Assembly (NCBI RefSeq): GCF_006345805.1
Contig: NC_043020.1
Location: forward strand, 11,222,001-11,286,000
DNA from: Octopus sinensis
Lineage: Eukaryota
DNA: 64,000 bases
Reading direction: 5' to 3'
Shown: one piece after another, positions 37,526-49,104 of the stretch
Position numbering within the stretch: position 1 is the first letter of the stretch
How the letters are laid out: each line of letters opens with the position of its first letter
Notes under the pieces: model-generated
Told to the model about the DNA's origin: nothing
The model's database searches: none
The model's input: the letters and a program-made list of their open reading frames with translations, nothing else
Program-made: the position numbers and the translations under genes

Positions 37526-38067
37526 AGAAAAAAAAACTTTGGTCGTCTTGTAGTCGAGGCCTCTTTGTTGACGCCCAACACCACTGGGAGGTGGCCCTCG
37601 AAGTCACTGGAAATGGAGATCTCCAGGTCCAAATTCTTGAACAGCTGCTGCTGCTGCTGCTTTAACTACTACTACTACTACTGCTGCTGATTTTTTGTTG
37701 TTGTTGTTAAGTAACAAGACAGTTAAGGGTGATTAGGTGATGGTCTAGGGCTTAGGGGGCGGGAGACCCCAGACCTTGGAAAAAAAAAACTTTGGTCGTC
37801 TTGTAGTTGAGGGCTCTTCGTTGACGCTCAACACCAATGGGAGGTGGCCCTCGAAGTCGCTGGAAACGGAGATCTCAAGGTCCAAATTATTGTTACTGCT
37901 GTTGTTGTTGCTGTTATTGTTGTTGTTGCTGCTGTTGTTGTTGTTTTCACTGTCATTGCTGCTAGTATCTTTGCATTTGTTACTGCCGTCAGTCATAGCA
38001 ACAAAACGAAATTCTATTTCTCTTGGTTGATAAATCAATTTTAACTCCAACCGTAGAGGCATTCGGT

Positions 38068-38410
38068 GTTAAGTTAAGCTAAGTTAAGTTAATTTTTTGG
38101 CTCAAAAAGCAAAAAGCAAGGCCATGCAGGGGAACATGGAGTTATGTACAGGGAGGGTGTTCATGCAAAGAGTTCAGGCCATTTGTGGTCAAGAGAGACT
38201 TTGAACCGAGCGGTCGTCGGCATCTTCACCATCTCGTCCGGCAGCTTATTCCACGGATCCACAACCCGGACGGAGAAAGCCCTTCTCCTTCGATTGAGAT
38301 GAAATCGTCGCAGATAGAGCTTTTCGGAGTGACCCCGCAGCCGACGCTCTGGAGCAGGAGTGAAGAACAGCTCTTTCGAGCGGTTAAAAGTGTATCGAGA
38401 GAAGTCTGCT
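38068..38410 (-). mobile_element. CR1-group LINE 3' end
   Basis: ELFFTPAPERRLRGHSEKLYLRRFHLNRR..AFSVRVVDPWNKLPDEMV; (TTAAC)n tail; same family at 63296-64000. Confidence 0.88.
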
Positions 38411-38726
38411 CACCATTGATTATTACCATTTTGTCATATTCTGACATTTTTAAAAATTGGAAAAAAATGTGTGAATTTTTGTCTTCACAAAAATGAAAAA
38501 CAAATATTTCATAAAATGTTACCACCACGACCCACACAATACAGTAGTAAAAAAAATATCTGACTGAACAGGCTGCAACCAGCCGAAACGCATGAGTAAA
38601 CGCTTAAAACTTACGGAATTCTAACTATGTACACCTTCCCAGTATGGTGGACATAATGATAATGATGATGATGATGATGATGATTCATTAATTTTAGTTG
38701 TGCGACTATTGTCACATGCTTTTAAA

Positions 38727-38900
38727 GGCTGGTGAGCCGGCAGATTCCTTAGCACGCAGAGCAAAATGCTACGTAGTGTAGCGTTTTGCCTGTCTTTGTG
38801 TTCTGAGTTCAAATTCTGCCCAGGTCGACTTTCATCTCTTTCGGGGGTCGTTAAAGAGTATGTATCAGTTGAGCACTGGGGTCGATGTAATCGATGGTAA
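38727..38900 (+). mobile_element. SINE-C, degenerate
   Basis: ggtgagccggcaga...gagttcaaattctgcc..gtcgactt. Confidence 0.65.
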
Positions 38901-39145
38901 TTGTTCAGTTTAGGGATATTAAAAAAAGCAAATAAAAATCTAGGGACATAAGTAAAGGGACATAAATAAGTCAACTTACTGTTAAACAAGAGAAATACTG
39001 TAATTAGGTACCATGGCAAATTACAGTTTTCGTACAGGTATAAATTCATAATTAGTTGACGCCATGCCAACCACTGAGGAATCTTGTCTCAGGATTTGGG
39101 TAATTGGGTGATATTTCAAGATTCTTCCAAGATTGATTCACGATA

Positions 39146-39490
39146 GGTGTAGGAGTAGCTGTGTGGTATGTAGCTTGCTTATGAACCACATGGTTCCGGG
39201 TTCAGTCCCACTGTGTGGCACCTTGGGCAAGTGTCTTCTACTATAGCCTCGGGCCGACCAAAGCCTTGTGAGTGGATTTGGTTGACGGAAACTGAAAGAA
39301 GCCCATCGTATGCATGCATATATGTGTATATATGTATGTGTTTGTGTAAATGTTTGTGTGCCTGTGTTTGTCCTTCCCCTTAACATCGCTTGACAACCGA
39401 TGCTGGTGTGTTTATGTCCCCGTAACTTAGTGGTTTGGCAAAAGAGACCGATAGAATAAGAACTAGGCTTACAAAGAATAAGTCTTGGGG
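39146..39490 (+). mobile_element. SINE-A, 3'-truncated
   Basis: Family match. Confidence 0.85.
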
Positions 39491-39612
39491 TAATTCGAAA
39501 TTTGTCCGACATTATTTTAACCCTAATTGCCTTCCTTACATTCTTAACATAATTGTTTTTGAGTAGAAGTAATTGTCAACAATTTAATTTTTATGAATAC
39601 ATTTTATATAAA

Positions 39613-40008
39613 TCTATATATATAAAGCTGAAGTTGTCTATGTATGGCAGGTTTGGTAGCCTTCAGCTAACACTATCTCCTCCGAGACCCTGCGGCACAA
39701 GTTGACCAAAATTGAGAGTATGATAGAAAAAGGGTTGCTCTTCATTCTGTAGAAGATAAAATTCAATTCGGACCATGTTAACACCAAAGATTATTTACAT
39801 CAAAAAGGTGCTTTTTTTCTATGAAAATCCCTATTTTTTACGATTTTTTGACTGCTGTGGTGCCATTTTTTGGTGTATTTCAACCAGAAAAATGTTCACT
39901 TAAAGAGAATAACAAGCTACATAAAGCAAAATTTTTACTTTTCAAAAATTCCAATTCTAAAGGGTCGAAAAGAAAACAAGCCCGAGCAACACTGGGCGAT
40001 ACTGCTAG
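39613..40008 (+). mobile_element. Non-autonomous Helitron-type element, family H1
   Basis: TCtatatatataaagctgaag ... cccgagcaacactgggcgatactgCTAG. Confidence 0.85.
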
Positions 40009-40251
40009 TAAATAAATAAAAACCAGTTTTGTCTATATCATTATCATAAGTGCTATCATGTGAACCCGGTAATCGCCCGCTTTTTCAACTGCTCTAATTT
40101 TTTAACGAAATCGTCAAACTACTACAGTTTGTGGTTAACAACACAGATATTTTTCAGTGCATTTTACTGTCTCTCAATGTCATGTAGCAATTGGCGCTAT
40201 TTATTGTTATAGTATTATGTGTTTGAAATATTTTTAGGTTTTAGAACCGCA

Positions 40252-40642
40252 TCGACTGGCCTCCGTGCTGTGGGCACGTAACAAACACCATCCGATCGTG
40301 GCCATTCGCCAGCCTCGTCTGGCACCTGTGTCGGTGGCACATAAAAAACACCATCCGAGCATAGCCGTCTGCAAGCCTCGTCTGGCACCTGTGTCGGTGG
40401 CACATAAAAAACACCATCCGAGCGTGGCCATCTGCCAGCCTCATCTGGCACCTGTGTCGGTGGCATATAAAATCACCCACTACACTCTCGGAGTGGTTGG
40501 CGTTAGGAAGGGCATCCAGCTGTAGAAACACTGCCAGATCAGACTGGGCCTGATGCAGCCTTCCAGCTTCACAGACTCCAGTTGAACCGTCCAACCCATG
40601 CCAGCATGGAAAGCGGATGCTAAATGGTGATGATGATGATGA
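40252..40642 (+). mobile_element. Retroposon D with three internal repeats
   Basis: Core plus (GAT)n tail. Confidence 0.85.
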
Positions 40643-40934
40643 AGGTTATTCGTGAATCATTCACTATAACAATGAGCAACAATATAGAATTTTAGTTTCA
40701 TGACAGCTGATAAATAATTTGCGATCACAGTCAAATAATTTAAATTGCTATTATAAATGGGTTAATCTTTTTTTTTTAATGATATTTTATGGCTCTGTAG
40801 TTGAGTTGCTTGGTCCTCAACTTTAGACAATTGTTTTCTATATATTCTTTTATTGCCCACAAGGGGCTAAACATAGAGGGGACAAACAAGGACAGACAAA
40901 CGGATTAAGTCGATTACATCAACCTCAGTGATGT

Positions 40935-41110
40935 GTGTGTTTGGGCAAGTGTCTTCTACTATAGCCTCGGGCTGACCAAAGCCTTGTGAGTGGATTTGGT
41001 AGACGGAAACTGAAAGAAGCCCGTCGTATATATGTATATATATATATAATAGTAATGCAATACTTTCGTATTGCATTACTATTTCCATTGAAACTTCTTC
41101 ACTGTTCTCG

Positions 41111-41141
<31 letters not shown>

Positions 41142-41328
41142 AAGTTAATCCAAACAAGGAAGCACAAAAAAACACGCGAGGACATGGAACAAATATATTG
41201 TTATTGGACGCTCAGGAAAGAAGGAAAGAAGGAGGGTTTAACGTTTCGAGCGGAGCTCTTCGTCGGAAACATAGGAGAAGGAAAGATCCAGAGAAGGGAA
41301 GACAGAGGAAAAAATATATGTATATATG

Positions 41329-41426
<98 letters not shown>

Positions 41427-41655
41427 TGTATGTATGTGTGTGTATATGTTTGCGGGTCTGTATTTGTCCCCCAACATCGCTTGACAACCGATGCTGGTGT
41501 GTTTACGTCCCCGTAACTTAGCGGTTTGGAAAAAAAAGGGACCGATAGAATAAGTACTAGGCTTACAAAGAATAAGCCCTGGAGTCGATTTGCTCGACTA
41601 AAAGCGGTGCTGCAACATGGCCACAGTCAAATGACTGAAACATGTAAAAGAGTAT
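40935..41655 (+). mobile_element. SINE-A whose internal microsatellite hosts a hammerhead cassette
   Basis: SINE 5' part 40935-41030, foreign sequence to about 41312, (TA)n, then SINE 3' part. Confidence 0.85.
41236..41270 (-). ncRNA. Minimal type I hammerhead-like motif, family 2
   Basis: GTTT-CCGACGA-A-GAGC-TCC-GCTC-GAAA-CGT-T-AAAC: helix I, helix II and palindromic helix III intact; U4 replaced by C. Confidence 0.55.
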
Positions 41656-41822
41656 GTGAAGTTAGTCAAATAAAGAAATGATTCTAAAAAATTTTCCTAG
41701 GCCATGCGATTAACAAAAAAGAAAGAGAAAAAGAAAAGAAAAGAGATTCGACTTTTATCGAACAAATCAACTAAGGAGGGTTTTTAAAAAAATGTTGAAA
41801 AAAGCGTCAATTTTGAAAAATA

Positions 41823-42050
41823 TATTTCTTTACTACCCACAAGGGGCTAAACACAGAGGGGCAAACAAGGACAGACAAACTGATTAAGTCGATTACATCG
41901 ACCCCAGTGCCTAACTGGTACTTAATTTATCGACCCTGAAAGGATGAAAGGCAAAGTCGACCTCGGCGGAATTTGAACCCGGAACGTAACGACAGAGGAA
42001 ATACGGCTACGCATTTCGCCCGGCGTGCTAACGTTTCTGCCAGCTCGCCG
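41823..42050 (-). mobile_element. SINE-C monomer
   Basis: Family match. Confidence 0.88.
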
Positions 42051-42113
42051 AAAAATAATGTGCTCGGCGGGAGCGGTCGCTCCTCTTGTTCGCCTATTTG
42101 CCATGTCAATGAC

Positions 42114-42144
<31 letters not shown>

Positions 42145-43154
42145 AGGAGAGAGAGAGAGAGAGAATCTCATAAAACACAGTGAATCAATAACCTGAAGTA
42201 TAGATAAATAAAACAAGTAGTAAAATGTTTTGTCTGTTCTTAACATTAGAAGGACCGATTGTGTCAACTGACGCATTTTGAAATCTTAATTGTACACAAT
42301 ACAAAAGCATTTGAAGATTTAGACATCATAGTGCTTGACTTTTCATAGTTTTATGATGTCTGTATACACTATGAATTCGCACCTATTGTAACAAAAAAAA
42401 ATTTTTTAAATAAACCACAGACTACCTATAAGAATCACGTGTGTCAACTGACACATTGCAAACTTTTGGAATTTGCGCCTGCTTTTGTTCATAAATACAT
42501 GTGACAACGTTTTAGATATTCAGTAATTGCATAGCCTTTACAGTGCGCAAAAGAAAACTGCAGCTTAGTCGGAACTGAAGTAGGATGAGAGGTCCCCACA
42601 CAGGATGGGTGCAGCTCGCATCCTTTAAATTAAACATTAATCGAAGGAAAGAGTTAAGACTTCAACAGTATAAATATTTACTTCTTGATTCGCAATATAT
42701 ACATTTTTCTTTCTGGGCGAACCGGCAGCCTAGGAGCTCATCGCAGTAGTCTAATGGAGTGAGTCAAATCCTGTCCGTTCAAGCATAGCGGAGATACGCC
42801 ACGAGGTAGCTTCCGGCCGGCCTCCCGGAAGAATCCAACTCTGCGCATGCGTGCTGGAGATCTCCAAGATAGCCTCACTACAGAACAATTCGTCAGAACA
42901 GAAGGGAATTACCAGGAGCAGAAAAAACAGGTGAAACCAGTCCATGAAACTGTGGTTTTGAAATCTACAGAGAAACCTACTGTCACACTTGCATTGTATG
43001 AGCGCAAAAAATTCAAAGTCTGTTGTTGTTTTGTAAAAGTTCCTTCTGAAATTAACTCCAAGAAGAAGCCTAACACTTTACTTTTTTGTAACAAAAATAA
43101 AGTAAGCGTAGATCTGCTTGACCAAATGGCAAGCTTTATTTAGTTAAAGCATGC

Positions 43155-43242
<88 letters not shown>

Positions 43243-43321
43243 GAAAAAAAACAAAAGATGAAGACAGGTGGTGTACAAAACAAACAGATGTATTACTCTA
43301 ACGCTCAGGAATAGAAAAAGT

Positions 43322-43357
43322 CGTTTACATTTCGAGCCTACGCTCTTCTACAGAAAG
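43322..43357 (-). ncRNA. Minimal hammerhead-like motif, family 1
   Basis: CTTT-CTGTAGA-A-GAGC-GTAG-GCTC-GAAA-TGT-A-AACG. Confidence 0.45.
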
Positions 43358-43415
43358 GGACACAGAAAAAACAAGGAGAGAAAAAAATGTGTGTAGTGGT
43401 AACGATCTATCATGG

Positions 43416-43446
<31 letters not shown>

Positions 43447-43832
43447 CGAGCAAAACGCTCCGTCCAATGGTCGGTGCTGAGTTGTCAAACATTTAAACCA
43501 AATTTTCTCAAAACAACTTGTCCGACCGTCCCATAGGCCTCCCCTTTGAGAAACACTGACTTAACCTAAATTTGAGACACCGTGCATTTTTCTCGCATAC
43601 GCGTAGTATCGATCGCAACAGCTGATGTACTTGCCCGTATAAATGTACGTTCCCACGGCTTTATCGATCGCATTCTGACCTGGAATCGATTTTTGCAAAT
43701 TTTTCAAGACATACACGCCCTGATACTGTTGGTATCTACATATCATATTTGAGCACAATCGGATGGAGGATGCCCAAGATCCTAGCAGACACACACACAG
43801 ACAGACAGAACGGATTTTATATTATATATATA
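43447..43832 (-). mobile_element. Helentron/DINE-like non-autonomous element
   Basis: 5' tatataatataaaatccgttctgtctgtctgtgtgtgt microsatellite head typical of HINE/DINE elements. Confidence 0.55.
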
Positions 43833-43834
43833 CT

Positions 43835-44308
43835 AGCAGTATCGCCCGGCGTCGCTCGGGTTTGTAAGGGAAATAACTATATAAGCATTTTTAGAGAGTT
43901 ACTTCCCTTATAGATGCCATTTCTGTTTTGGTGTCTTCAAGCCATGAAGTCGTTGTTCTAAAAGAACGCTTTACGACGTTGATTTCCTTACACTCCCTTC
44001 CCCACAGCTTCACGAGGGAGGGAAGAAGGGGGAGAAGCAAACAGGTGCAGGTGTGACCATGGACGCCAACTCCGCCGCCATCGACACACGAAAAAATATG
44101 CATTAAAATGGAATAAAAAATTATGTTAAATTATTTTTAAAATCGTAGACTCATCGTAGACGCGCGCTAATACCCAGACGGGCTCGATATGAATCACGAC
44201 TATAAGATACTCGAATTTGGTTAAACTGCACCGCAAAATGTGGGAGTAGTTAGGAATCTAAATCGAAGGGGACAGACACTCACACAACTACAGTTTTATA
44301 TATATAGA
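43835..44308 (-). mobile_element. Non-autonomous Helitron-type element, family H2
   Basis: TCtatatatataaaactgtagttg ... cccgagcgacgccgggcgatactgCTAG; second copy at 44990-45488. Confidence 0.85.
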
Positions 44309-44408
44309 TATAACGGAAGGTTTACGAAAATAAACAAAAGACGAAGGCAGGTGGAGTACAAACAAATAATGTATTAGTATGACGCTCAGGAACAGAAATA
44401 AAACAAGT

Positions 44409-44444
44409 CTTTTACGTTTGGAGCCTACGCTCTTCGACAGAAAG
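44409..44444 (-). ncRNA. Minimal hammerhead-like motif, family 1 (G12 mutated)
   Basis: CTTT-CTGTCGA-A-GAGC-GTAG-GCTC-CAAA-CGT-A-AAAG. Confidence 0.45.
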
Positions 44445-44989
44445 ATACACAGAAAAGAAACAAGGAGAGAAAAAAATTGCGTGTAGGGGCTAACGATCCA
44501 ACATGGCGTTATATATATATATATAGGATATTGCTCTTATAAACAGCTGGGTAATATATACATGTATTTGCAATTCAGTCATTGATCGAAGAGAATATAT
44601 TCAAAAAGTTGCCGAACTATCAAATGCCCTACTGAGGAAACCTACCTCTAAAAATAGGGTCAAACGAACATGTGTGAAAACAAAATGCCGAAACAGAACC
44701 ACAGAAAATATAGGGAGTCTGTTAAAAACGTTGCGATAAATGTTTAGAATTTCAATAAATGTCTTTTTTTTTTTAAGGAAAATTTCTTTCAAAATATCAA
44801 GTTATTCCGATTATTATCAGCATGGAGTGATAAAATTCAATAAAGTAATAAAGATTTTCCTTTTCTTTCTTACTTTTTCCTTTCAAACTGGGAAACATCC
44901 TTGCGTCAATTGATGCATTCTCGTCCTTTAAGGTAGGTGAAAAGTCCGGTCCTTCCCAAACCTCTATGGCTTAAGAACTTTATAAGTTA

Positions 44990-45488
44990 CTAGCAGTATC
45001 GCTCGGCGTTGCTCGAGTTTGTAAGGGAAATAACTATATAAGCCTTTTTAGAGAGTTACTTCCCTTATAGATGCCAATTCGGGCTTTCTTAGCCATTTCT
45101 GTTTTGGTGTCTTCAAGCCATGAAGTCGTTGTTCTAAAAGAACGCTGGTCTCCTTGACAACGCTTTACGACGTTGATTTCCTTACACTCCCTTCCCCACA
45201 GCTTCACGAGGGAGAAGCAAACAGGTGCAGGTGTGACCATGGACGCCAACTCCGCCGCCATCGACACACGAAAAATTATGCATTAAAATGGAATAAAAAA
45301 TTATATTAAATTATTTTTTAAATCGTAGACTCATCGTAGACGCGCGCTAATACTCAGACGGGCTCGATATGAATCACGACTATAAGATACCCGAATTTGG
45401 TTAAACTGCACCGCAAAATGTGGGAGTAGTTAGGAATCTAAATCGAAGGGGACAGACACTCACACAACTACAGTTTTATATATATAGA
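44990..45488 (-). mobile_element. Non-autonomous Helitron-type element, family H2
   Basis: Near-identical to 43835-44308 apart from small indels. Confidence 0.85.
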
Positions 45489-45890
45489 TAAAGGATAGGC
45501 ATATAAAGACCATTAGAAGGAGTGGGACTTTGTAAGTAATGGACACATCGCGAGGACTTTAAACTTAAGTTCGACCATATTTTTCCTCGAAGATCTTGAG
45601 AAATGTAAAAACGAAAATGCTTAATGCTACAAAACTATACAAAACTGCCATGAAAAATTATTAGAAATGACTAGAAAACACCGGGAACATATTTAAGTTC
45701 TAACACAGGTATACTATGTGGTTAAGAGGTTTACTTTGCAACCACGCGGTTTCGGGTTCAATCCCACTGTATGGCACCTTGGGTAGGTGTCTTCTACTAC
45801 AGCCCCCGGGCCAACCGATGCCTAGTGAGTGAATCTGATAGGCGAAAACTCAATGGAAGCTCGTTATATACACACACACACTTGCATACA

Positions 45891-46139
45891 CACATAAGTT
45901 GAGGAGCGATGTCAGAACACATGCACGGTGCACAGCAATTTAATTAAAGGCCTGTGATATGCAGGAGAGTGACTGGGAGAGCAATGCCTGTCATCGCCAC
46001 AGATGGAGGAAGCAGGTTAAAGGGCATCTGTGGTGATGACAGGCATTGCTCTCCCAGTCAAACTCCTGCATATCACAGGCCTTTAATTAAATTGCTGTGC
46101 ACTGAGCATGTGTACTGACATCGCTCCTTAACTCATGTG
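45891..46139. repeat. Near-perfect hairpin, ~115-bp arms and 19-nt loop
   Basis: 45891-46005 is the reverse complement of 46025-46139. Confidence 0.95.
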
Positions 46140-46808
46140 AGAAATGGACCCTTTACAAACGTCATGTAAAGGTCCTTGAACGTTTCCATCAGAGATGTCT
46201 GAGAGACATTCAGAATGTTGGCTGGACCTTAAAAACTCCAGACTTACAGGTCTTGAGGAAAGCTGATCTCTTGAGTATTGAGGCGATGGTGCACAGGCAC
46301 CGGTTACATTGGCGGCGAGCTGGCAGAAACGTTAGCACGCCGGGCGAAATGCTTAGCGGTATTTCGTCTGCCGTTACGTTGTGAGTTCAAATTCCGCCGA
46401 GGTCGACTTTGCCTTTCATTCTTTCGGGGTCGATAAATTAAGTACCAGTTACGCACTGGGGCCGATGTAATCGACTTAATCCCTTTGTCTGTCCTTGTTT
46501 GTCCCCTCTGTGTTTAGCCCCTTGTGGGTAATAAAGAAATAGGTTACATTGGATTGGACACCTTATTAGAATGAAGGATAGCACATATTCTTTATGAAGA
46601 ATTTAAGTGTGCTGCTCGAAAGCGCACTGCTAGTGTAGTGAATGGGGGAAGCTTGGTTTGCAATGTTTGCAGTCGTGTATGCTTGTCAAGAGCAGGGCTT
46701 TTTAGCCACCAACAGAGCCACATATGCAAAATATAAATTAGTCCCAGAGCGCACAATGTTCTTAAAGGTCAGCAATGGTCTTTCTCGACCACGAATGGAC
46801 GGCCATCA
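46140..46808 (+). mobile_element. RTE/BovB-like LINE 3' remnant split by SINE-C
   Basis: WTLYKRHVKVLERFHQRCLRDI...VLRKADLLSIEAMVHRHRLHWIGHLIRM. Confidence 0.8.
46311..46541 (+). mobile_element. SINE-C monomer
   Basis: TSD ggttacattgg at 46302-46312 and 46542-46552. Confidence 0.92.
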
Positions 46809-46898
46809 TGTATGTATATATATATATATATATGCACACATATAGATTGCTAGCCACTACACATTCTTTATTTTCTCCTCTTGTTTCTTTCTGTGTTC

Positions 46899-46934
46899 CT
46901 TTCTGTGGAAGAGCATAGGCTCGAAACGTTAAAG
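46899..46934 (+). ncRNA. Minimal type I hammerhead-like motif, family 1 (best copy)
   Basis: CTTT-CTGTGGA-A-GAGC-ATAG-GCTC-GAAA-CGT-T-AAAG; all three helices intact; A6 replaced by T. Confidence 0.55.
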
Positions 46935-47024
46935 ACTTTTTCAATTCCTGAGCGTTATACTAATACATCTGTTTGTTGTCTACACCACCTGTCTTCGTCT
47001 TTTGTTTTTTTTGTGAATTCTCCC

Positions 47025-47310
47025 TATATATGTATGTATGTATGTAAGTATGTATGTATGTAAGTATGTATGTGTGTATGTGTGTATGTATGTGTGTATA
47101 TATGTAAGTATGTAAGTATGTATGTATGTATGTGTGTGTGTGTATGTATGTATGTATGTATGTATGTATGTATGATGTATGTATGTATGTATGCATGTAT
47201 GTATGTATGTGTGTATGTATGTGTGTATGTATGTGTGTATGTATGTGTGTATGTATGTATGTATGTATGTATGTATGTATGGATGGATGTATGTATGTAT
47301 GGATGGATGT
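47025..47310. repeat. (GTAT)n microsatellite
   Basis: Direct inspection. Confidence 0.95.
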
Positions 47311-47821
47311 TCGTGTGTCTCTTTCTGTTTATGTTTGTTCCATCACCGCTTAACAACCGGTGTTGGTTTGTTCAAGTCTCCGCAACTTAGCCGTTCGTTA
47401 AATATATATAGATCGATAAAATAAGCATCAGATTTCAAAAAAAAAAAAAAAAGAATAAACAAGTACTGGATTCGTTTATTCGTCGACAAAAAAAAAACTC
47501 ACTCTTCAAGGCGAATGCCCCAGTCTGGCCGCATTCCAATGAACGAAAGAAGGAAAAGATAACAAAAAAAAACAAAACAAAAATAAAAGATGAAATTATG
47601 CATGGGATCAATAACCAAGAGACCCAATTCTATTGTTGTTAACTGTTGTAGCCAGACGATGACGCTTGCTTGTCGAGCAGCTGGTACGCATGGTTCGATA
47701 TAATTATAATAGAAAAGAGGCCTGCAGCGCATTATATAAATACTATTATTGACATTACAACGACCTTGTTCAACAAAATACGAGTTCTGGAGTGGAACAT
47801 AAGCTTTCATTGGAAAAAAAA

Positions 47822-47995
47822 AGGAGTGGCTGTGTGGTAAGTAGCTTGCTAACCAGCCACATGGTTCCGGGTTCAGTCCCACTGCGTGCCATCTTGGGCA
47901 AGTGTCTCTACTGCTATAGCCCCGGGCCGACGAATGCCTTGTGAGTGGATTTGGTAGACGGAAACTGAAAGAAGCCTGTCGTATATATGTATATA
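47822..47995 (+). mobile_element. SINE-A 5' half
   Basis: Family match. Confidence 0.85.
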
Positions 47996-48064
47996 TATAT
48001 ATTTATTTTTGCTATGTATTGAGTACCTTATTTACTGTGGTTAACCCCGACTCAACCCGGGACC

Positions 48065-49010
<946 letters not shown>

Positions 49011-49104
49011 AGCTACAGTGCGAGCCGCCCACACAGTCCTTCAGTTTGCTGCCTCCTTCACCAACGCCCCGAGGGTCTCAAAGAGAGGGTTCTTTTTTTT
49101 TTTT

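Larger units (their letters stand above)
42244..44932 (+). mobile_element. Decayed piggyBac element carrying several nested insertions
   Basis: Left end TTAA|cattagaaggacc..gtcaactgacg, right end cgtcaattgatgc..gtcctttaagg; KKKPNTLLFCNKNKVSVDLLDQM (about 43060-43130) and C-terminal RREYIQKVAE..RVKRTCVKTKCRNRTTEN (about 44590-44710). Confidence 0.75.

Noticed and set aside
38564-38594. CTGAACA-GGCTG-CAAC-CAGCC-GAAAC hammerhead-like motif
   Set aside because: Helix II is good, but G8 is mutated and helices I and III do not close; at most a decayed remnant
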